Counted from the first letter of the whole stretch, positions 26,377 through 37,805 are shown. The stretch is DNA of 59,235 bases, filler included, from Sphacelaria rigidula (GCA_964200075.2; 9 parts of 9 records of this genome joined end to end with filler, not necessarily neighbours in it), one strand, 5' to 3'. Notes: a model not told the origin generated them from the letters alone. Program-made: numbers and translations.

Positions 26377-27258
26377 TCCTCCGGGTTCTCATCCTCAATC
26401 AAAAGCACCATCCTCAACATAGATGATTGGCTGTTCAAAGCCTTAGAGGACGACGTCCGCTCCTTATCAGTTCACCATGGAGACCCGTGCAGCCCCGACA
26501 TGAAGAAGCGAGGGCGCCGCACGTATCATATATATAGTGAATTTGTATCGGCCATTCAACATCACTGTGAATGTTCTAGAACATCTACTGAGGCGATGAA
26601 CAGCGCTACTGCAGCATTAACACGCCCCGCACCCAAGCCCATATACGCGGGGTTGGTAGAAGTTAAGAAGCGACTCATGCGAGAAGCAGAGGAAGAGAAC
26701 CAAGGGCAAGACTGCGACTCCTTTGCTGCCTTCAGCAACCAAAAGGCGTCAACACCACGAGGCGGCACGCCTTTCGGGACATCCTCATCTACTCGTGGAG
26801 CACAGAAGCGTCCGAGGGAAGAATCAGCTAAGCCCACCAAGCGTGTCAAGTTTGACACGCGAGGAGGAGCACCGGCGACCGGGTTCCTCCCTACCCGCAA
26901 TGCGCCCAAGGGGGAGCGCGACGTCGCCATACGTTTGCTGGGGGGGTGTTTCAACCACGCATATGGACGAGACTGCAGCAGCAAGGACTCAGAGGGCGGC
27001 TGCAATTACTCCCATGATCAAGATCGAATTCCCTTCGGTCACTACAAGCAACCAGAGCAGAGACAAGCAAAGCCCAAGACGAAGAGGGACAGGCTGATGA
27101 GCCTACAAGTGGAGGAGTTGTTCGGGTTGATTGACAGCCAGTACGAAGATTGGGGGTTCAACCACGGGCTGGACAAACCAGAAAGCGGCGACGAGGAGAA
27201 GGGAGTCGAGACGGTTGATGCACTGAGCAACCGTTTCGACACCACAAGCGAGGAATGA
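26377..27258 (+). pseudogene. Gag-like ORF (C-terminal part) with CCCH-type zinc finger
   Basis: Frame open from 26377 to TGA 27258, directly upstream of the protease. Basic low-complexity region followed by CFNHAYGRDCSSKDSEGGCNYSH (26947-27015). Confidence 0.7.
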
Positions 27259-27389
27259 AGGTGCGCCCTGGGGCCGCAGTCCCCGGGGGACAGCGTGTAC
27301 GTGGATAGTTTGTCAGCGGTAAATGGTAGCGATGCACAGCAATTGTGGGTGCAAGCTAGAGTTAGCACCACAGTAAAAGTAGCCACGGT

Positions 27390-27710
27390 ATACCAGTAAC
27401 GATGTTACTGGACACCGGGGCGGGGGGGGGTAGCTATGCATCGAAGCAGTGGTGGGAGGCGTTGGTGATGTGGGGTAATATAACAGGCAAGCTGCAGCGA
27501 CAGGGAGCAGGATTTTTGAGGGCAGCAAACCCTTGTGACAGCCGGACGCCACCGATGAAGATTCTAGGGTCAACGGTAATCCCGATTCGGTTCGACCCAA
27601 AGGATAGAATAAGGAAAGTATAGGTCAGGGTGGTCGATGGATTGCCGTACGGATTTATTTTGGGGGCAAGTTTCTTCAGAAGGAACAAGAGTACACTGTC
27701 TTTTAAAGGT
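27390..27710 (+). pseudogene. Retropepsin-type aspartic protease domain
   Basis: IPVTMLLDTGAGGGSYAS (DTG active site) ... V*VRVVDGLPYGFILGASFF (ILG motif). Confidence 0.9.
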
Positions 27711-28539
27711 CGATCAGGATTTCGAACTTCGCCGGAGGCTCCGTGGGTAAGATTCGTGTCTAATGGTTCACCAAAACTCGGAGCTATTGACACCGATCAC
27801 CTCACCGGCCAAGGAGATTCGGCAAGGTGGAATCTCTTCTGTGCTGTCAAGCCAAAAGCGCTCAGTGACGACCCGACAGGGGTGTTGTCGGAAGAGAGCG
27901 ATCTGGCAGCATGGGGTGAGGTGTGGAAGAGCCTTGGAGCGGCGTGGGAGGACGATGCTACACTTCAGTGGCTTCTGCGGCTGACGGAGGGCGCAAGGTT
28001 AGAAGGCTTGGTTAGCGAACTAGTTCCAGGCTATGTGCGAGGTCCTCAGCCACAGGAACGTCAACTCGTGTTGATCGAACCTCGAAAGTTGTTCGATTTA
28101 GATGAGGAAGCCGAGATAGGGGTAGCCAGGGGAGTGCAGTGGTAGTACCCACAGTTGCCGTTAGTATGTAAGGTGGTCAACACGGCCAAGAGTACGCCTA
28201 GTGAAGAAAGGTATGGTAGCGGCGAAGGTTGTGGCCGTGAATGTTCGAGATCACGAGCGGTTGCAAAATCTTTATGTGTCCGACACAGGAACCACGCTGA
28301 AGTCGAGGCTGGAGGATCGAGGGACTACGCCAGCCCCTCCCCAACAGCCGCCGGAACCAACCCAAGTGGAGAAGGACACAACTGAAGCCACAAGAGTAGA
28401 TCTCAAGGAGGCGAACATGGGCCAGTTGGGTCCGGCGCAGAAGACCCAGCTGTTATCCGTGTTGAGAGACTTTAAAGAAGCAGGTCTGTTCGCGGTGGAC
28501 CCCAAGCGGGTGAAAGCAGCACGGGGGGAGCCATTGCAT

Positions 28540-29193
28540 CTACGACTGAAAGATCCCCGGTGCCGGCGATTCGCTGCTGGTACTGGACGATACTCGCCGG
28601 AACAAGATACTGCTATACAAGACGAGGTCCAGAAACTCGCGGAGCGGGGGATCATTGAGCCGTCGACGTCCGCATGGGCAGCTGCTTGCGTCACGGTGCG
28701 GAAGAAGGACGGTAGTTTACGGTTGTGTCATGATTATCGTGGACTAAACGAACTTCTCGAGTCGTATAGTGGTGGTTTGGGGGATATGTAGACCATGTAT
28801 AGTGGCCTAGCGGGATCCAAGCACTTTACGAGTGTGGATTTAGCGAGTGGGTTTTTCCAGTTGGAAGTGGCGAAAGAAGACCGACACCTCACCGTCTTTC
28901 GCGATGCGAGGGGGCACTTATGGCAATATCAACGTTGTGGGTTCGGACTCAAGGTACTACCCGCGACATTTCACCGAACAGTATCTGAAGCATTGTTGCC
29001 GGCGCGGGGTGTCAAGAGCTCGTTGGATGACATCTTGTGGCCTAGTGCGACTTTCGCCAGCCACATAACGCGGTTGAGAGTTGTGCTCTATTGCCTGCTG
29101 AAGGCTGGCCTCACTGTGAATTTCCAGAAATCGCAATGGTGCACTCAGCAAGAGAACTTCGTAGGGATGACGATCGACGCGTCGGGAATATGA
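28540..29193 (+). pseudogene. Ty3/Gypsy reverse transcriptase domain
   Basis: RYSPEQ..IQDEVQKLAERGIIEPSTSAWAAACVTVRKKDGSLRLCHDYRGLN; FTSVDLASGFFQLEV; QRCGFGLKVLPATF; SLDDIL (YxDD position); GLTVNFQKSQW. Confidence 0.95.
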
Positions 29194-29478
29194 TCTTCCC
29201 AGTCTAAAATTGAAGCCATTGCTCAGTTGAGGGAGCCGCAGCGGGTAGAAGAGCTAAGGTCGTTCCTAGGTATGACTGGATATCTTCGGAGGTACATAAA
29301 GGGGTACAGTAACACGGCAGCACCGCTCACAGACTTGCTGCGTGACCCGCGGTTCGCTTCCAAGCGAGCACGGAGGATGAAGATTCCGTGGGGGGAACAG
29401 CAGCAACAAGCATTTCTAGACTTGAAGAGCGCTCTGATGTCATATCCAATCTTGTCGTACCCGGATTGGAATGAACGG

Positions 29479-29838
29479 TTCGTGCTACATTGAGACGCTT
29501 CCGAGTTCGCAACAGGGGCCGCCCTGTCCCAGGAGGCGGATGAGAGGGAATGGGTCATCGAATACGCTAGTCATAGATGGTCGTGGGCAGATGAAGAAAG
29601 ATCAGCATCAGAGAGAGGAGTAGTCGCTGTTTTGTGGTCCGTGGAACGATTCAAGTCGTACCTACGGGGGCGAGAGTTTACGCTGGTTACGGATTGCAGT
29701 GCGTTGACATGGCTGTTTTGTAGTCAGAACTTGTCGCCTAGGTTCCACCGGTGGGCGCTAAGATTGATGGAGTATGATATGGTCCTCAAGTGGTGAGCTG
29801 GACGCGAACACCAGTTGCCGGACGCCCTGTCTCGGCTG
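29479..29838 (+). pseudogene. Ty3/Gypsy RNase H domain
   Basis: FVLH*DASEFATGAALSQ...VIEYASHRWS...SASERGVVAVLWSVERFKSYLRGREFTLVTDCSALTWLF...RFHRWALRLMEYDMVLKW*AGREHQLPDALSRL. Confidence 0.95.
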
Positions 29839-30093
29839 CAAGGGAGCCAACCTCGGGGAAGTGACATTGACGTGTCATTCCCTGACGATGATACCGAAGC
29901 TGGACCCGGCGGAGGAGGAGGACCGCAAGGACCCAAACTGGACGGGATGTTGTCGAAGGAGTTGGAGGCTGAGTATCCGAAGGAATCCGCGGATGTGATG
30001 GCATCGACGTTGGACGAGGCCAGCGCGTTGTATCCACCGGAGACGAGGAACGGGGTTGACTCAGAGAACCCTGTGGCAGGACCGGTTAAGCAA

Positions 30094-30990
30094 CGACCCC
30101 CTGCTTTGATTGTACATTGTGGAGGCGGGGGAAGCATTCTTGCCGCGGAGAAGTTCTTGAAGGTGGTAGCAGCTACTGATGCAAATTGGAAGGCGCTTGA
30201 TTGTGTCAGAATGAACCAAATTGGGAAGGGAGTCAAGCTGGTACGTACGACTCCAGGGCGCCCTTCTTTCCACAACCTGGTGGAAGAGGTGCAACCAGGA
30301 GTGCTGGTAGGAGATACGAGAAGGGTTGCTTCCGTTGATAAAAGTGCGGGAGAGTTGGAATCAACAGATGGTGTCCGAGAATTGGTCGAGTCGTTCCTCT
30401 CCTCGGTCTCGAAGACAACGCTGATCTTGGAAAGTACGGGTGTGATGATACACTCTCCGGGTTGGACGGAGAGCATGGCCCCTTTGCTGCACAGAGCCGG
30501 TTGCTGCGTTGAGCAGGCTTCTATCTCAGTCGTGCAGGTGGGTGCCCCGTACAGAAAGCGACGGACCTATGTGGTCGCTCTGAAGGCTGGTCGGCAGGTG
30601 GAAGAATCACTACGCGCATGGAGGCAGCGAGTGGAAGCGTATGCTGTCACCTGCCCCCCGTTGGGCCAGCTCTTGGGATGGACTGGCACCTATTTCTTGG
30701 GGTCATGGGGCAAGGCAAGGCTATTCATAGTTTCGAGGATCCGATGCCCAGGTTAACTCTTTCTCGGCTGATGAGAGGGAAACCTCTGCGCGAGAAACTT
30801 TCACCCCACAGGGCGGACGCCGGGGTATAGGAGGAAGCAGTAGAGTTGGAAAGATTCGACTTCGTCAGAGTCGCGACCACCCTCGACCACTACGAGACTC
30901 CACCAACGGTGAACCCTGATGCTATGCTAGATATTGTGGCTAGTTTCGTTTATCCGTGGATGTTAGGGGCAGTCTTATCAAGCTTAGAAG
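30094..30990 (+). pseudogene. C5 cytosine DNA methyltransferase-like domain embedded in Pol (catalytic motif degenerate)
   Basis: Counterparts of DNA_methylase motifs in canonical order. I: ALIVHCGGGGSILA. II: VVAATDANWKALDCVRMN. IV position: PGVLVGDTRR. VI: LILESTGV. VIII: SVVQVGAPYRKRRTYVVALK. After a frameshift near 30700: AIHSFEDPMPRL; IX: LERFDFVRVATTLDHYETP; X: LDIVASFVYPWMLGAVLSSL. Recognised by eye, no HMM was run. Confidence 0.75.
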
Positions 30991-31239
30991 CAGAATGGTT
31001 GTTGAGCTTGACTCGGATTAGGAGTGAGGACAAAGACTTAAGTGCGCTAGCGGCGATATGGCCACATGAGGATTAAATGCCAGAGACGTGGGGAGCCGCA
31101 GTAAATCGCTCGTCGGTTCCCGAAGCGAAACATAAGTCGGACCAGGACTTTGGTGGGGGGGGAGGCCTCGGCTGAGGAACCAGTACCAGGTAAAGGTAAC
31201 ACTAGAATCGTTCTCGAACAAACGCGGGCGATCCTGATG

Positions 31240-32500
31240 GACAAATCACAACTCGTGTTATTACAAGAGCGGGACTTCCGTCTGGGACCCATCAAGGATA
31301 GGTTGAGAAAGGAGCCTAAGGCTGAAGGAGTTAGCAAGAGGCGAGATGCGTACGTGCTAGATGAGAATGATCTTCTATGGTACACCTCCTCTGAGGAGCC
31401 AGTCAAGTTGGCTCTCCCACGCAGCTTAGTGCCAGGGCTGCTGGCGTGGGTGCACACTACGCATGGGCACGCTGGAGTGATGAGGACGACTGCAGTAGTC
31501 AACGCACGGTACGAATGCCCTGATATTTTCGCCGATATTCGCAAATACCTGTTATCTTGTGGATGTCGTCGACGCAAGCGTACCAACAGTCACACCCTAG
31601 CGACGCGGCCTGCCCGATTTTTGCGAGCATGGGAGGTGTTAGAGATGGACATATCGGACATGAAGCAGGTTTCCACCTCGGGCAACAGGTATTTGTTGAT
31701 CATCGTGAATCGAGCAACCAAGTTTCTCTTTGCCTCCCGATTGGCTGCCAAGCTCACGGTACCCGTAGCGAAATGTCTGCTGAAGCTCTTCTTGACGTTT
31801 GGGGTACCCTACTTTTTGATGAGTGACGCTGGGGAGGAGTTCACGTCGGAGGTAGTGAAGCATGGATGCCAGTGGATGAAGGTGAAGCTGGATCATGGTC
31901 CGGCAGAGCACCCTCGCGGTCAAGGCGCGGTAGAGAGGTACGGAGGATGGTTGCACGACGTTCTGGCCGAGCTTTGTAAGCAATGGCCGAAAAGGTGGGA
32001 TGAGTACGTAGACCCCGCTGTGTGGATTCACCGTACTACTCCCGATCCTTCATTGCCTAATAACCCGACTCCATTCAAGCTGCTTTTTGGGCGCGAACCA
32101 CGCACACAAATAGACGCTGTGTCAAATGAAGCGGAGTCTCCACCGTTAAACAACACGGGGGAATAACAACGCCAGAACCTGAAGGAAGTTCACGAGCTGC
32201 TGACCCAATGCCACAAGCAAAGGGAAGAGGTAAGGTCGGCTAAAAATGCCGAGCTGAGTCGCCAATCGGTGGGGTCGCGAGCTCAGGTAGGGGATTTGCT
32301 GTTAGTAAAGAAGTCCGACAGCTCCCTTGTACACGAGGATGTGCCGACTAAACTCGTGCACGACTTGTGGACGGGATCATGGACGGTGCAGCACGTGGTG
32401 ATACCCAGTCTCAGCCTTAAGGTCAGTATGCAGGGACGCCGAGTACGAGAACGGACGGTGTCGGCAGCCAATGTGAAGAGATTTCATGTGCGCTCTGAAC
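31240..32500 (+). pseudogene. Integrase (zinc-binding region, rve DDE core, C-terminal GPY/F-like module)
   Basis: HTTHGHAG...SCGC; EVLEMD (D 31648), MSDAGEEF (D 31825), GAVERYGG (E 31933), giving D-x35-E spacing; TPFKLLFGREPR; VGDLLLVK...LWTGSWTV. Confidence 0.95.
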
Positions 32501-32589
32501 AGCTGCGACACCCGTTTCCGGACGAGTACTCTCAGTTAGCATGGGGGGCTGATCTGGGTTTGGCTGAGGGGATCGAGGTCGTCCCATAA

Positions 32590-32765
32590 CTGTACACACT
32601 GACAGATAGGAAAGTGGTGCTAGGAGCAGGATTGTCATGGGAGTGGGCCTATCGAGGGTTATTTCATGACGGAGCTGAATCTCATTGGCTTTCTGAGGAG
32701 GAAGTGTTGGACAGTTTCACTGGGTTGGAGCTGGACGTGTTTCATGCTTTGTGGGAACTATATCA
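32590..32765 (+). pseudogene. Chromodomain-like module after integrase
   Basis: LYTLTDRKVV...WEWAYRGLFHDGAESHWLSEEEVLDSFTGLELDVFH, in frame with integrase and at the position chromodomains occupy in chromoviruses. Confidence 0.5.
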
Positions 32766-32866
32766 CCCGCAAGCCAAACCACGCCCATCTGTTACGCCAT
32801 CTCGAGCGGAAAGAGACTCTATTGCTCGGGATGAAGCTTTACGACAGATTCCTCGAGGGACTAAAA

Positions 32867-32966
32867 NNNNNNNNNNNNNNNNNNNNNNNNNNNNNNNNNN
32901 NNNNNNNNNNTTAATTAATTAANNNNNNNNNNNNNNNNNNNNNNNNNNNNNNNNNNNNNNNNNNNN
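32867..32966. other. Artificial contig spacer
   Basis: N44-TTAATTAATTAA-N44. Confidence 0.98.
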
Positions 32967-32986
32967 GGGGGGGGGAGGGGGGGGGG

Positions 32987-33025
<39 letters not shown>

Positions 33026-36000
33026 GGCGTGCTTGGCAGGTGGGTACACGGGGACAAAGTACGAGCAAGCGCGGAGTCCACATTCAGCATATCGGAAAAG
33101 TTGCTTTCACACCACAAGCTGCGACGTACGCAGGAGAGGAGTATTTCCCAGACGTCTCCCTAGTCTACGGCGAAACGGGTATTCTACTTGAAGAACGGGG
33201 TAGTGCGTACAAGTATGTGTGTGCATGGATGGCGGGGGGACTGGGGGGGGGCGATACGGAATGGTTCGGGTTCGAATGTCAACCGTCAATAAATGATTGG
33301 TTGTGGTGCGTGGGTTCCATTCTTGTATTCGGAAAAGGCAACCTAACAAGCAGATGGGGATATCATACGGACAGCACAGCAGCAGTGCAATTCAGTACGG
33401 TAGTACTCGTATTGTTAACAATTATTTTGTTATTTCGTGAATATTGTGCCCAGGCCGCTCATGTCCGACGACACTTTTTTTGAATATAATTTCACCCGCG
33501 GGTACAACACATCGTCACCGTCTGCCATTATTACTGTCGAGTTACATCGCTTCACCAGCCAGGGACAGTAACTGAGGGACGTTTTTGTATTTCGTGAATT
33601 TTCCTGCCTCGGAGCCGGTTGACCGTGGAAATGACCTGAGTCGCTCGGGGGTACGTGAATAGCGGGTAGTGCACGGGATATTGCCGTCTGGTGAAGGCAG
33701 CAGCAGCACAGCACACAATGAAACGGTACAACTGTGTTTGGTCTACTACTGCGGAACTCCGGACAATTCTACTTGACTCGAGCACAGCTTCAGTGCTTTA
33801 GATGACGGCGTGGGCCGGATCTGCTACGCATGCTGCGTGCTCACTCGTGCAGGGTCGTGTAAGGTAGTGCACCTCAGGGTATGCGAGACCCGGCCCCCCC
33901 CCCCCCCCCCCCCCCCTCCCCCCCCGGCGTGACTCCCCACAAACACTCANNNNNNNNNNAGTGCACCTCAGGGTATGCGAGACCCCCCCCCCACCTCATT
34001 ACTTGGGACACCCCAGCACAGTCACCATCGTCGCCTAGTTCTGGGACGAAACCATGGCCACACAGTACTGCTAAACGATATATCGGACCAAAGTTCCCCA
34101 CAAAAAGCTCCAAACAATCTTTCCGGGAATGGTTTCCAGTCGGTGTGTTCCGCAGGGGTAGGCTTTTCACCGCACCATACATACTGCACTGCTGCACTAC
34201 ACATACAAACTATACTCTCAACAGGATGGTGCTAAGGAAACTGTACTGTATTAGGGCGCGTGAGGCTCGCTAAGTCTTTTGAGCGCCTAGAGATGGGCAC
34301 TTGAGTGTGACAGTCTTTCAAGTGGAACTGATGCCGCGATTCAGCAAGAGGGGTCCGTGCTCGGCGGTCGAGGGGCAAAGGCAGACGTACGTACAGCATG
34401 AGGTGATTCGGATATTAGCAGGAGCAGCAAGTTAAGGGCTACTCGGGTGGGATACTTGCCACTTTCTTGCAATTTTGGGGGCGTGCACTGCAGCGTGCCA
34501 CCGCAACCCAACAATATGCTTCGGCGAGATTAGGATGAAGTGCTATAATATGCTCTCTGTCCTCGAGAAAAACCTGATTATTGTCATTGTGGGTTTATCT
34601 ACACCCACAAGGAGCGGTTCGAATCCGAGTTCGTTCAGCTCAGTAAATCTCGCACATATTTACTCGTACCTCTTGTTATCCAACGAAAGGTGGTATTGTT
34701 TTTGTTATATTTCCGGACAGTGTAACAGCTCGGTTGTGCTTTGCAGTGATCATCGAAACGAAAAGGGTCGGCGGAATAGAACATTCTAGAACAAATGTGC
34801 AACTCACCACCAGGACAAACACAGACAACAGTACAGTGCCCCGGCGTAACGGTTCACGTTCGTGCAACGCACCGCAGGTGTTGGTACGTAGACACCCTGT
34901 TCTGTCAAATGTAGATGCTACAATAACACTATTACAACTGCACCTAGCTGACTCCTTCTGTGGAGGGAAGGAATCCTTTGATGTCGTTATTTTGACATTT
35001 CTATTTCTTGTGTTTCACCCTCCAAGCTGGTCAAGGATTATGATCTACATATATATTTTTGTCCCCGCACACCTCCATATTCCGAATCCTCCTCCCCGGG
35101 ACGAGTACACCTCGAGTACACCGTCTCGAGAGATCGACCCATCTCTCCCCTCCTCACGACAGCGCAGAGCCATGTCCCCCTTGCTTCCTTCATGCTTGTG
35201 TTCTGTACGTACCGGCTCTCTGTACTGAGATGAAAGTGTTTGGTCCAAAAAGGGTACTACCCTACAACCTGACCTTGCTTGAGAACATGTGCTTGAGTGC
35301 CGGTTGCCGGTGTGCGGGATATCGTACGTGGGTCGTGGGTGGGCGTTACTCGATTTATTTGTACATGAGTGGGGTTTTCGTACAGCGGACGAATGCGGAC
35401 ATAAAGTTCTGTGTAGCAGTCACGGTCTACAACACGTCTGCTTCTCGATAAGACTAAATAATGAGAATGTAACGCACGCAGCAGGGCGGGTGCGGACGAT
35501 GGCGTTGCTAGTCGAACGACACGATATCCTCGGCGTCTACTCCAGGGCACTGGGCTGAGGAGTAGAGTCAGTGTAGGATATGTGTAGTACCGACAAGGAA
35601 AAAGGTCGCTTGTGTATATGTCGATTGACTCAACACCTTCTCTCGCCGATACGCGTAGTTTGTTTGCGGTTGTACTGGCTGTAGTGCTATCACGGGCTGT
35701 ACTTCACTGTACTGTGTACTGTACCGTCATTACGCTAGTTGCGCCGCAGTGCGTTCATGTACGAATGCCTGTATGCCCACAAGGACGGGCTGCAGACCAC
35801 TGGCCGTTCGAAGAACGTCCACATGCAGGCGACACACGAATGTACTGTACTGTTGTGTATTGTGCTTCTCGATGACTTCAATGAGGTGTGTACAGTACTT
35901 ACTCCACTACTACTGCGTACTGCTGCACTCTAGTCCATGCTGTATACATGCCTTACAGCCAGGAGTGAAAACATGTGCGGCTTTTTGTGGTCATTTTGGT

Positions 36001-37805
36001 ACTATACGGCACGGCGCCCGTGTTCCAGTGTCTCCGCACTCCGTACTTTGGTGCGTGTGATGTACCAAAACTCCGATACCGTCTGTAAAGATTGCAATGT
36101 CGCACGAAACGCAAGTGGTAGCGGTTGGCCCAGCACGCCACCCAGAACACTAGATTACATAGAATGGTACAACAGTGTGGTGAATAAAACTCACCATGGT
36201 TTGCAGGACTTGACACCTATCTCTCCCCTCCTAGCTATATAGCTGTGCCGCCAGGCAGCGCTACCGCTGCTCACGCCTCCTTCCCGCTGCTGCTGCTGAA
36301 TCCTTCTCGCTTGTTCTCGATTCCTTCCACGCAAACAGTACCCTCGATCCTGAGGTACAACGGATTATATGCAGTACCAAGTCGTGTGGTTGTGGTCGCT
36401 CCTTTGGCCTTGCGTCACTCTCTCTGGAAGTCTACAGTTGTACTCCCGTCGAGGGGGTGATATTGCCGTATGTAACGTGTACGAGCCCAAACCATTCCAG
36501 AAGATCGACAGTCGATGTTTGGTTGAGCGCCAAACGTGTATGTACCCTGTCACAATAAACACTATCCAATTTTTTGCATCTACTGTGGCCATTTTCCATC
36601 AAAGTTCCACCAAAAAGGATTTGCACTTCAGCGTTGTATCAGCATGCGAAAGAACTGATGATAGTCGAATTTTATATAATGTACTCCAACCCTTAAAAAA
36701 TTACCGATGCTGAAGGATAGATAATCTCGTTGTCTTTCCCCTAGCCCTCGGAGGATCTTTGATCTCTTCGGCTACGGGTCTGAACACTGAGGACGAATAC
36801 TTTCACCCCAACAAGATTCCTGAAAGCCTGGGGCAACGGGGAAGCCGCTCAAAACAACAGGAGCCCAATAATGGAATTTCCTCCACGACGAAGGCGTGCC
36901 CGTGCGCGGTCTCCAGGAAGCGCAGGAGTCACAACAGCGTCATGCTCTTCTTCTCTGGCGAGGAATGGGAGACGAAATCATACGGTGAGGGAGTGTGTTT
37001 CCGAGGACCGCCCCCGACAACGTATGTCTTATATGTGACGCATCAGCAGTAAGCATACACTACTTCCTCGTCCCTGTACGGTCTTCACTGAGCTGTGTAC
37101 TGCCTGGTGCGGTACTTCGATGGCGCTTGCAGCAGATTCAGCGCAGTAAATACTGCATGTTTGCATGTCGTCGACTTGCGTTGTTCGTGAATATGGTCAC
37201 TGCGTTACAAGTACCCGGTCATGTTCAGTCTGTACTTGACGTTGCGTAGCTTTCGCACGCAAAAATATACATGACATCATGCATCACTTGGTTTCAGAGA
37301 CCCCACTCACGCCACAGTCCGGAATGAATCAGGACATTCGATGCGACCTAGGGGGAGGCGTGCAACGGTTTGCTGTCAGTGCTGTGCGGCCACATCAAGT
37401 AGTTAGGGCGTCCCACTTGCAGCGCAGCAGTACTCGCCCTATCGTCGCTTCCCCTCTCCCCTCTGGTGCGACGTGGTTCCGTACGGGCTACAGCAGCGTA
37501 CAATACCATACATGAGCAGAAATCCTAGTGCGGTAAATGCGGCAGGGTGCGTACGGTACGTACTGTCGATCTACCACCGTTCTGCGTGCTCCTGTACTGC
37601 TAAGGCGGTGTTCCGAGGAAAGAAGGGATTTGATGATCATCTCGTGATGGTGATAGTGGAGTGACGGTTCACAACTTCATCATCACGAGGAATCACGTGC
37701 CGTTCTCATCTGGGGTGGGGGAAAAGTGATACAGTAACGGCAACAACACGCGAACAGACCAGCGACTTCAAGCAGGGAGGCCATCACGGGCAAGGGGGTA
37801 TGGGT

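Larger units (their letters stand above)
26374..32866 (+). mobile_element. Decayed Ty3/Gypsy LTR retrotransposon internal region: Gag-PR-RT-RNaseH-[C5 DNA methyltransferase-like]-integrase-chromo-like. LTRs lie outside the contig.
   Basis: Domain order PR-RT-RH-INT is diagnostic of Ty3/Gypsy. About nine in-frame stops (e.g. 27621, 28143, 28789, 29191, 29491, 29794, 30828, 32164, 32587) and several frameshifts show this copy is inactive. Confidence 0.95.

Noticed and set aside
29724..30476. 250-aa minus-strand ORF, and the other antisense ORFs over the retrotransposon and PPR exon
   Set aside because: Antisense shadows of plus-strand coding sequence with no recognisable motifs.
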